This document shows positions 19,807 to 27,290 of a stretch of DNA of 64,000 bases, one piece after another. The translations under genes and the position numbers were made by a program. This DNA is from a candidate division TM6 bacterium GW2011_GWF2_28_16. Its GTDB lineage: Bacteria > Patescibacteriota > Microgenomatia > UBA1400 > PJMF01. The stretch lies in assembly GCA_001029715.1 (NCBI GenBank), contig CP011212.1, positions 462,936-526,935 of the forward strand, in the 5' to 3' direction. The notes under the pieces were generated by a model. The model saw only the letters and a program-made list of their open reading frames with translations, was not told where the DNA came from and did no database searches. The stretch's first letter is position 1; every line of letters begins with the position of its first letter.

Positions 19807-20724
19807 ATGAAAATTTTAATTACTGGAGGTGCAGGCTTTATTGCTTCTCACGTCGCTGATGCTTATCTTGAGATTGGTCATGAAGTGGTCATTGTTGATA
19901 ACCTTTCTACCGGTGAAAAGAAAAATCTCAATCCTAAGGCCAAATTCATCAAAGCTGATATTACTGATAAGAAAAAAATTCAAGAAATTATTAGAAAAGA
20001 ACGCCCAGATGTGATCAATCATCACGCCGCTCACATTCAGGTTGGTTATAGTGTCAAGAACCCTCAATTTGATGCTGAAAACAACATTATCGGTTTATTA
20101 AACATCATGGAAGCTGCCAAAGAGATTCCAATCAAAAAAGTGATCATGGCTGCCACTGGCGGAGCGATGTATGGCAATAAAGTCACTCCATTTAATGAAG
20201 AAATGAAAGCTGAGCCACTTTCTCCTTATGGTATTTCCAAAAGAGCTGGCGAGCTTTATCTAAATTATTATCATGAGCTCTATCAAATTCCTTTTATTTC
20301 CTTGCGTTACTCCAATGTCTATGGCCCACGCCAGAATGCTCATGGCGAATCAGGAGTGATTGCTATTTTTGCTGAAATGATGGCTGAAGGTAAAGCTCCA
20401 GTGATAAATGGCGACGGCACTCACACTCGCGATTACGTCTACGTAGAAGATGTGGCTAGAGCTAATGTATTGGCTCTAAACAGTGACTTTGTCGGCGAAT
20501 TAAATATTGGCACAGAAACGGAAATTTCTACCAACGAAGTCTTTAGAAAAGTTGCCACTGAAATGGGTGCTGAAATTGAAGAAAAACACTCTGCAGAAAG
20601 ACCAGGCGAACAAGTGACTAGTTCTCTGAATTATTCCAAGGCCAAGGAAGTTCTTGGCTGGGAACCAAGAGTCAATTTTGATGAAGGCGTGAGGAGAGTT
20701 GTAGCTTGGTATAAGAATAGATAA
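19807..20724 (+). CDS. NAD-dependent sugar-nucleotide epimerase, GalE-like short-chain dehydrogenase/reductase
   Basis: It has a Rossmann motif, ILITGGAGFIASHV ... VIVDNLSTG, and a YxxxK catalytic context. At 305 aa it fits UDP-hexose 4-epimerases. Confidence 0.7.
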   Translation: MKILITGGAGFIASHVADAYLEIGHEVVIVDNLSTGEKKNLNPKAKFIKADITDKKKIQEIIRKERPDVINHHAAHIQVGYSVKNPQFDAENNIIGLLNIMEAAKEIPIKKVIMAATGGAMYGNKVTPFNEEMKAEPLSPYGISKRAGELYLNYYHELYQIPFISLRYSNVYGPRQNAHGESGVIAIFAEMMAEGKAPVINGDGTHTRDYVYVEDVARANVLALNSDFVGELNIGTETEISTNEVFRKVATEMGAEIEEKHSAERPGEQVTSSLNYSKAKEVLGWEPRVNFDEGVRRVVAWYKNR

Positions 20725-20725
20725 A

Positions 20726-22138
20726 TTACTTGGTTTTCTCAAGAATAACTACCTCTAAACTATCGCTGCAGACAAAGCGGGTTTTTTCCTTTGACTCTCC
20801 AAATAGTGTTAGTTCGTTGTAGCTAGTTTTGCCATGTTCATAAACATCGTCATCTAGAACCACTGCCATTTCTGTGGCTTGGCCATTTTCTGTATTAATA
20901 TCTCTAACTTCGCAACCAGCTTCGCTCATCAAGTACTGGAATTCCATAGCATTATGATAAGGATGATGACTAGACTGATTGCCAATGTAGAGCGGTTTCT
21001 CTTGTTGCTCACAAAAACTCTTAGCGCAACTTTGCAACTCAGCTAAATTGTGTCTAGCTGGAGCAAAATAGTTTTCACGCAAAGCTGCTTTGATAAAGAT
21101 AATATAAAAGAAAATGGCACTTAAATAAATATATTTAATGCGCAAAAAACTAACCGTCAGAAATAAAAGTGGCAAAACCCCAAAAACATAATGAGAATGA
21201 ATAGAAATAGGCATAAGAATAGTCAAAGCGAGAGTAAAGAAAAATAAAAAGAAACTATTTTCAAAGAAGTTGTTTCTTTTCTTTACTCTATTAAAATAAA
21301 AAAACAAGATTATAAAAACTAAATATAATAGAACCCAAGGCCAAGTAGTGGCAAAGGTGAACTCACTAAGACTAGAAATACGAGCTGATAAAAAATTCTT
21401 ACCTTGATCAATTTTATCCCCAAAAAGCATCATTTTACTCAAGAGAAAATTATGTCTAAGTTCAAAAACTATGGTTGGCAAATTAGTCATAAGCAGAGAA
21501 ATGGCAATGTATAAGTAATATTGCAAGGTTTTTTTTGGTTTGCGATAAAGCATTAAAACAACAAAGGCTATTAAAGTTGGGACCGCTGAATAAGAAAAGG
21601 CTGTTGCCAAGGAAATACCGAAAGCACTAGCAATTAACAAAATCTTTTTGGGGTTTTTCTGCTCTAGATAAACGATCAGACTATAAAAAGCTACCAAAAT
21701 GCAAGGCGTGACAAAAGAAGGATTCCAGATAAAACGTCCCTGAATAATATATTGCGGATGAACAATGATGAGTAGAAAAACTAAAAGCAGGGATTTTTCC
21801 AAACGCGGATATTTACGTAAAAAATATAGCCCAGTGATGAAACTAATAATATAAAAACTAGCATAGGCAATCAAGCTAGCATAAGGTGAGTGCCCTGTAA
21901 TTAAGTAAAAAGGATAAAGTAAATAAAAATAAATCGCACTTTGATTGAATGGCAAAGCACTGGTTTGCGGGCCAAGTAGCGGTGGTTTACCAGTTTCTTG
22001 CCATTTAAAAAGAGTCAAAAAATCACGACCGATATCATTAAAGAATAAGAGAGAAGTTTCAATTTTATACAATCTAGTAAAGAGAAAAATTAAAATTAGA
22101 GCAAAAGCAGCGAGATAAAGATTACGGATTTTAAACAT
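20726..22138 (-). CDS. Polytopic membrane protein, probable GT-C-like glycosyltransferase
   Basis: 470 aa with about 12 TM segments. An N-terminal loop motif, FFNDIGRDF, follows TM1, and the C-terminal domain is soluble. Its position suggests it belongs to the glycosylation cluster. Confidence 0.35.
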   Translation of the reverse strand: MFKIRNLYLAAFALILIFLFTRLYKIETSLLFFNDIGRDFLTLFKWQETGKPPLLGPQTSALPFNQSAIYFYLLYPFYLITGHSPYASLIAYASFYIISFITGLYFLRKYPRLEKSLLLVFLLIIVHPQYIIQGRFIWNPSFVTPCILVAFYSLIVYLEQKNPKKILLIASAFGISLATAFSYSAVPTLIAFVVLMLYRKPKKTLQYYLYIAISLLMTNLPTIVFELRHNFLLSKMMLFGDKIDQGKNFLSARISSLSEFTFATTWPWVLLYLVFIILFFYFNRVKKRNNFFENSFFLFFFTLALTILMPISIHSHYVFGVLPLLFLTVSFLRIKYIYLSAIFFYIIFIKAALRENYFAPARHNLAELQSCAKSFCEQQEKPLYIGNQSSHHPYHNAMEFQYLMSEAGCEVRDINTENGQATEMAVVLDDDVYEHGKTSYNELTLFGESKEKTRFVCSDSLEVVILEKTK

Positions 22139-22322
22139 TAATAACTAGATTATAACAAAGATTTCAGAAGGAGTATATTTAACGTCCTATAATTGACTAA
22201 AATAGGTCAAAATGATAGAATTCAAGCCTTGTATTGGCATTATTAATGGACAATCGCTGTCCTTGACTGGTGTCGATATGATATCGATCCTGTTCTTTAA
22301 AATATTCAATTATTCTATTTAG

Positions 22323-22374
22323 AATAGGTAGCTTACCCAGAGTCCATATCAAGGCTTTGAGCAAGCTACCTATT
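22323..22374. promoter_or_regulatory. Perfect 12-bp inverted repeat (AATAGGTAGCTT / AAGCTACCTATT) with a 28-nt spacer, about 35 nt upstream of the ATG of 22410..22892. It is a candidate operator or regulatory hairpin.
   Basis: Read directly: left arm 22323-22334, right arm 22363-22374. A strong Shine-Dalgarno, GGAGGA, lies 7 nt before the ATG at 22410. Confidence 0.45.
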
Positions 22375-22409
22375 GAATCGGTGGCAAAAATAAATTTCCG
22401 GAGGAAATT

Positions 22410-22892
22410 ATGAATCAAATTGGTGAATTAAGTTTTTCAGAAAAGATCTATCAAGCATTTGGAATGAAATCTGTGCTAATAAATGGGAATGGTTTTTCAG
22501 AAACCTCCTGCGGCAAGACTTATGAGCGAAATCGCTATTACTTTGCAGGAGAATTTTATGATTGGCTGCGTGGATCTAATTACAATGGAGAAGATCATGT
22601 TGTTATTGGCGATGACCTCGCCAGAGGAATCTTTTTCGATTGTAATTCAAATCTAGGCGCATTGCTGTCCCTTGGAGCTTTTGAGCTTGGGACTATCCCA
22701 AGAGACAAAGATTGGAAATGGGCAGTAAAAGAGCAAGAGGCAGTAAATGTCATAGTTGTCAAAGATGTAAAAGTTTTTGACATCGTTTTATCCTCAATCA
22801 AAATTGTTGATGATAGTATTGCTCCCGGTCTCTCTGGCATGGGAGGAAAATTTAGAATCTTGATGTTTGAAAAAAACATCAAAATTGAATAA
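22410..22892 (+). CDS. Hypothetical protein, an orphan with no recognisable domain
   Basis: 160 aa ORF with a strong SD (GGAGGAAATTATG). The local GC content is visibly higher than in flanking DNA, and a canonical terminator follows. Confidence 0.5.
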   Translation: MNQIGELSFSEKIYQAFGMKSVLINGNGFSETSCGKTYERNRYYFAGEFYDWLRGSNYNGEDHVVIGDDLARGIFFDCNSNLGALLSLGAFELGTIPRDKDWKWAVKEQEAVNVIVVKDVKVFDIVLSSIKIVDDSIAPGLSGMGGKFRILMFEKNIKIE

Positions 22893-22907
22893 AAGCAGGA
22901 TCAAAAC

Positions 22908-22937
22908 GCGCCTTCGGTAACAACCGGGGGCGCTTTT
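22908..22937 (+). terminator. Rho-independent terminator
   Basis: GC-rich stem GCGCC ... GGCGC, followed by TTTT, immediately after the TAA stop at 22890-22892. Confidence 0.6.
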
Positions 22938-23057
22938 GCGTTTATAGTCACACTTCCTGCAACCCTAGGCATATATAATGACATTGTGTTAAATACTAAA
23001 ACAAATGATGACCAAAACTTGAATTTGGCATTAGAATGGACTAAAATAGTCCACAAT

Positions 23058-23306
23058 ATGTCCACAGTTCAGCTAAAAGTCACTATCTCAAATCGTTTGC
23101 AAATCTTGCTTAAAAATCAAGCAGAAAATCTTGGTTTAAGTATGGCTGCTTATGTTAAAAATTTAATCATTGAAGACATAAAAAAAAACGACTTCCCAAG
23201 CAAAATAGCCAGTCAAAAAATTGAGAAAAGCTATGAATCGGCTATCAAAAATAAAAAGTCAGCTAAAAAAATAGACAACTTAGATAAATTTTTTACTAAT
23301 TTATGA
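23058..23306 (+). CDS. Type II antitoxin, probably ribbon-helix-helix (ParD/CopG-like)
   Basis: Small ORF that overlaps the downstream RelE/ParE toxin by 4 nt (ATGA). It starts MSTVQLKVTISNRLQILLKNQAENLGLSMAAYVKNLI, which is typical of an RHH antitoxin. The ORF track starts at 22986, but the internal ATG at 23058 is the likelier start. A TATAAT -10 box lies at about 22971-22976. Confidence 0.5.
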   Translation: MSTVQLKVTISNRLQILLKNQAENLGLSMAAYVKNLIIEDIKKNDFPSKIASQKIEKSYESAIKNKKSAKKIDNLDKFFTNL

Positions 23307-23572
23307 AGCCGATTAAATTTGATCAAAATTTCATCAATAAATTAAAAAAACTTAAAAATCAGAATCTAACTCTTTATTTAAAAGTTCACAAACAACTTTC
23401 TCTTTTCAAAGAAAATCCCAAACATCCTTCTTTGCGCACCCATCAATTAAAAGGGAAACTTAAGAATGTTTTTAGCATCTCAGTCGACAGATCTTTTCGT
23501 CTAGTTTATATTAAAAATGGAGAATATTTATTTTTTGATCTGGGGTTTCACAGTCAAATCTACAAAGACTAA
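23303..23572 (+). CDS. Type II toxin, RelE/ParE superfamily
   Basis: 89 aa. The sequence runs ENPKHPSLRTHQLKGKLKNVFSISVDRSFRLVYI ... and fits the RelE/ParE consensus (HPSLRxHxLKGxL ... SIxVxxxxRLVY). It is translationally coupled to the upstream antitoxin. Confidence 0.7.
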   Translation: MKPIKFDQNFINKLKKLKNQNLTLYLKVHKQLSLFKENPKHPSLRTHQLKGKLKNVFSISVDRSFRLVYIKNGEYLFFDLGFHSQIYKD

Positions 23573-24687
23573 CTCTTTTTCACCTTCTCAAACAACTTCA
23601 AGGCCTCAGCCACGGCCTGATCCATATTTAGGTAGCGATAGGTGCCAAGACGACCCACAAAATAGATGCCTTGAGCTTCTAATTTCTTAGCCTCACGTAG
23701 ATATTTCTTTAGCAATAAATGATTGCGTTCTCGAGGCACTGGATAATAGGGCTCGCCATCCCAAGTGGGATATTCTTTGGAGATGATGGTTTTAGCGAGA
23801 GCTTTTTTTGGTGGATAAAAATATTTGTATTCGATAACGCGAGTGAAAGGGTAGTCTAGGGAAGGGTAGTTGACGGCAGAATTGCTTTGGTAAAATTCTT
23901 GGTCGTGTTCTTCGAAGTGAAAATCCAAGGAGCGATATTCTAAATGACCATAAGCGTAATCAAAATATTGATCGATGGCACCAGTATAAAAAACTTGATC
24001 AAACTTGCTGAGATCGTTTTGTTCGCGAAAAACAAAAAAATCAGTTTTGAGACGCAACTCAATATTTTGATGCGATAACATTTTGGAGACTAAACCCTCG
24101 AAGCCATTGACTGGTAAAGCCTGATAGCGATCGGTGAAATAACGATTATCGGCATCAAAACGCAAAGGATTGCGCTTAATCACGGCCGCATCTAGCTCAC
24201 TAGGATCTAGCGCCCACTGTTTGAGACTGTAATTTTGAAAAATCGCTTCATAAAGTTCACTGCCCACTTGAGACAAAACATAATCTTCGCTATTAGCCAC
24301 GTCCTTGAGCTTTTTAGTTTTCTTAGCCAAAAAAGCCCGCATTTCTTCCGCACTACTGAGTTTCTGATGGAAAAATTGATTGATGGTATTCAAGTTAATC
24401 GGTAAATTGAGCAATTGATTTTTAACTTTGACTAAAACCTGATGCTCGTAACCCTGCCACTTGGAAAAGGCTCTCAGATAGTCCCAAACTTCTTGACTGT
24501 TGGTGTGAAATAAATGAGCACCATAATTGGAGACGCGAATGCCAGTTTGTTTGTCCAAGTGATCGAAACAATTGCCCGCTAAATGAGCCCTTTTATCAAT
24601 GACTAAGACAGAATCACCGCTACTAGCAAAGCGCTCGGCGAGTGTCGCTCCAGACAAACCAGCACCGATGATTAGAATGCGAGACAT
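23569..24687 (-). CDS. glf: UDP-galactopyranose mutase
   Basis: 372 aa. The N-terminal FAD motif is RILIIGAGLSGATLAERF ... VLVIDKRAHLAGNCFD ... YGAHLFHTN, which aligns closely with E. coli Glf (IIVGSGLFGAV ... IEKRNHIGGNAYT ... YGAHIFHTN). Confidence 0.9.
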   Translation of the reverse strand: MSRILIIGAGLSGATLAERFASSGDSVLVIDKRAHLAGNCFDHLDKQTGIRVSNYGAHLFHTNSQEVWDYLRAFSKWQGYEHQVLVKVKNQLLNLPINLNTINQFFHQKLSSAEEMRAFLAKKTKKLKDVANSEDYVLSQVGSELYEAIFQNYSLKQWALDPSELDAAVIKRNPLRFDADNRYFTDRYQALPVNGFEGLVSKMLSHQNIELRLKTDFFVFREQNDLSKFDQVFYTGAIDQYFDYAYGHLEYRSLDFHFEEHDQEFYQSNSAVNYPSLDYPFTRVIEYKYFYPPKKALAKTIISKEYPTWDGEPYYPVPRERNHLLLKKYLREAKKLEAQGIYFVGRLGTYRYLNMDQAVAEALKLFEKVKKS

Positions 24688-24771
24688 GACTTGATTATAC
24701 AGGGTGAATTTAAAAAAATACTAACCCCGTTGATTAGACAGGCTCCCCAAGTTATACTAATTAACAATAAA

Positions 24772-25725
24772 ATGAAAACAATTCTCGTTACCGGAGCAGT
24801 CGGATTTATTGGCTTTCACACCTCCAAACTTTTACTAGAAAAGGGTTATCAAGTCATTGGACTTGATGAGATTAATGATTACTACAATCCAGAATGGAAA
24901 GAAGCGAATTTAGCCAAACTCAAAGAAAATAACAATTTTAACTTTCTGAAGTTGGATATCAGAAATTTAAGCGATCTTAGAGAACAGCTCTCTAAGTACA
25001 AAATAGATGCCATTGTTCATTTAGCTGCTCGAGCTGGAGTGAGGCCTTCGATTGCTGATCCGCTACTTTATGAGGAAGTTAATATTAAAGGCACGATTAA
25101 TTTGCTTGAAATTGCTAAAGAAAATCAAATCAAACAATTCGTTTTTGCTTCTTCTTCTTCTGTTTATGGTAATCAGAGCAAAGTTCCTTTTTCTGAAACT
25201 GATCCTGTTAATGAGCCGATTAGTCCATATGCTGCCTCGAAAAAAGCTGGCGAAATGTTCTGTCACACTTATGCCCATCTTTACGACATCAACTGTATTT
25301 GTTTGCGTTTTTTTACTGTTTATGGCCCAAATGGCAGACCAGATATGGCACCATACATGTTCACCAAGGCTATTCTGGAGGGTAAAACCATCAAAAAATT
25401 TGGTGATGGTCAGACCCGTCGCGACTACACCTATGTCGACGACATTGTCTCTGGAGTAGTAGCCGCGATTGATCTGGACAGGAAATTTGAAATTATCAAT
25501 CTTGGCAATAGTAACCCTATCACCCTCAATGAATTTATTGAGATTCTAGAAAAAATCACTGGCAAGAAAATGCAAATTGAGCGATTGCCCATGCAGCCTG
25601 GAGATGTCGATCAAACCTTTGCTGATGTTGCTAAAGCTAAAAAACTACTTGGCTATGAAGCCAAGACCAGCTTTGAAGCAGGAATGAGAAAATTTGTAGA
25701 GTGGTATAGAGCAAATCGCTTCTAA
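24772..25725 (+). CDS. NAD-dependent epimerase/dehydratase, UDP-glucuronate 4-epimerase-like (Cap1J/WbnF type)
   Basis: The N-terminus reads MKTILVTGAVGFIGFH ... VIGLDEINDYYNPEWKEANLAKL, and the DYY hallmark is present. The ORF track starts at 24691; the ATG at 24772 gives the canonical N-terminus. Confidence 0.65.
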   Translation: MKTILVTGAVGFIGFHTSKLLLEKGYQVIGLDEINDYYNPEWKEANLAKLKENNNFNFLKLDIRNLSDLREQLSKYKIDAIVHLAARAGVRPSIADPLLYEEVNIKGTINLLEIAKENQIKQFVFASSSSVYGNQSKVPFSETDPVNEPISPYAASKKAGEMFCHTYAHLYDINCICLRFFTVYGPNGRPDMAPYMFTKAILEGKTIKKFGDGQTRRDYTYVDDIVSGVVAAIDLDRKFEIINLGNSNPITLNEFIEILEKITGKKMQIERLPMQPGDVDQTFADVAKAKKLLGYEAKTSFEAGMRKFVEWYRANRF

Positions 25726-25783
25726 TCACACTTCTTGTAAGCTTAGCTTGAGCTCCTCTAGGAAATCAGCTACAATCAGACTC

Positions 25784-26704
25784 ATGTATATTTCCTTTGT
25801 TGTCCCAATTTTTAATGAAGAAGGTAATGTGAAGAAACTTCACGAAGAGATTCTCAAAGTGGCCAAAGCGCTGAAAAAAGATTTTGAAATCATTCTGGTT
25901 GATGATGGCTCAAGAGATAAAACTCCAGAGATTATGAAAACTCTAAAACCAGTTAGAATTATTACTCTGAGACGTAACTCTGGTCAGACAGCTGCCCTTG
26001 ATGCCGGTTTTAAGGCTGCTAAGGGCGAGCTCATTGTCTCTCTAGATGGCGATTTACAAAATGACCCAGCCAATGTGCCAGCTATGCTCGAGTATTTAAG
26101 TGAAAATAATTTAGACGTAGTTTGTGGTTGGCGCAAAGATAGAAAAGATAGCTTTTCTAAAAAATTCATTTCCAAAGGTGCTAAAGCCTTACGAGAAATA
26201 TTTATCAGAGATCATGTTCATGATGCTGGTTGTACCCTAAGAGTTTATAAAAAAGAATGTTTTAGCGGTATGACTCTGCGTGGAGAAATGCATCGCTTCA
26301 TTCCAGCTCTTCTATCTTGGAGAGGTTTTAAAATTGGTGAAATAAAAGTTAATCATCGCGCCAGAATTCATGGTCAAAGTAAATACACTCTCACCAGAAC
26401 AGCAAAAGGCTTAATGGACATTTTAACGCTATGGTTTTTTCATAAATTTGCCTCAAGACCACTACACATGCTGGGAGCTATTGGTATTATTAGTAGTTTC
26501 ATAGGCTTTTTAATTGGTGTTTGGATGTTCATTGAGAAAGTATTTTTAGGGCAAGGAATTAGCAGTAGAATGTGGCCACTGATCGCAGTTTTTCTAATGC
26601 TTTTCGGTGTACAAATTTTTGTGAGTGGTCTGATTATGGATTTGATTATTAGAAGCTACAACCCAAAGTTTTATGAAATCAAAGACGAAAAAGACAATCA
26701 ATAA
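25784..26704 (+). CDS. GT2 polyprenyl-phosphate glycosyltransferase with a C-terminal TM anchor (GtrB/ArnC/DPM1-like)
   Basis: The sequence runs YISFVVPIFNEEGNV ... ILVDDGSRDKTPEI ... DGDLQNDP ... RFIPALLS, with two C-terminal TM helices. That architecture is typical of bactoprenol-phosphate hexose synthases. Confidence 0.7.
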   Translation: MYISFVVPIFNEEGNVKKLHEEILKVAKALKKDFEIILVDDGSRDKTPEIMKTLKPVRIITLRRNSGQTAALDAGFKAAKGELIVSLDGDLQNDPANVPAMLEYLSENNLDVVCGWRKDRKDSFSKKFISKGAKALREIFIRDHVHDAGCTLRVYKKECFSGMTLRGEMHRFIPALLSWRGFKIGEIKVNHRARIHGQSKYTLTRTAKGLMDILTLWFFHKFASRPLHMLGAIGIISSFIGFLIGVWMFIEKVFLGQGISSRMWPLIAVFLMLFGVQIFVSGLIMDLIIRSYNPKFYEIKDEKDNQ

Positions 26705-27290
26705 AGCTTGGGATAGAATTTTTCCAGAACTCTTATTGAGCTTAACTATAATTTCTTTTTATCTTATTACAGTAGATCTTTATCAATATTTATTTACTGA
26801 GCTTTGGTGGAAGTTTGATAGTTTAAATTATAACTACACAACTATATATCTAATATTACTAATTTTGCTTTTTTCTTTTATTGATTTGAGAAAGCTATTA
26901 ACCAAAAAATATCTAAGGCAGGGAATGATTGCTCTTCTTTTCGTAATCACTTTAATTGGACATAAATTCTACACCAACTTTTATAATGAGCTTCAAACTT
27001 ACCCCAAAATTAAAAGCATCAGTAAAGATTGGGGTATACCTGGTAGCTGGGTAAAAGTAACAGGTAGAAACTTTGGAGCAGCCTGGCAACCAGGAAAAGT
27101 TTACTTGGGTGAAACAGAGATGACTATTAAAAAATGGGAAGATAAGGAGGTTATTTTTGAGATACCAGTCTATGTAATGGAAGGAAATCAACAATTGAAG
27201 ATATTTAATATATTCAATAAAGAGCAGAAACAATATTTCCAATTTAAGACAATGTTTAACCTAAAAAGTGTAGATGAGGTTTTAAAATGA
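26673..27290 (+). CDS. Small membrane-anchored protein with an Ig-like (IPT/TIG-like) extracytoplasmic domain
   Basis: 205 aa with 2-3 N-terminal TM segments. The C-terminal stretch GSWVKVTGRNFGAAWQPGKVYLGETEMTIKKWEDKEVIFEIP resembles the IPT/TIG motif (GxxVTIxGxNFg ... vxfG ... W ... I.v.vP). Confidence 0.35.
   Translation: MKSKTKKTINKAWDRIFPELLLSLTIISFYLITVDLYQYLFTELWWKFDSLNYNYTTIYLILLILLFSFIDLRKLLTKKYLRQGMIALLFVITLIGHKFYTNFYNELQTYPKIKSISKDWGIPGSWVKVTGRNFGAAWQPGKVYLGETEMTIKKWEDKEVIFEIPVYVMEGNQQLKIFNIFNKEQKQYFQFKTMFNLKSVDEVLK

Noticed and set aside
22197-22418. 73-aa minus-strand ORF overlapping the start of the 160-aa gene
   Set aside because: It spans the 12-bp inverted repeat and the SD of the plus-strand gene. 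It has no SD of its own and no recognisable features. It is more plausibly a non-coding regulatory leader.
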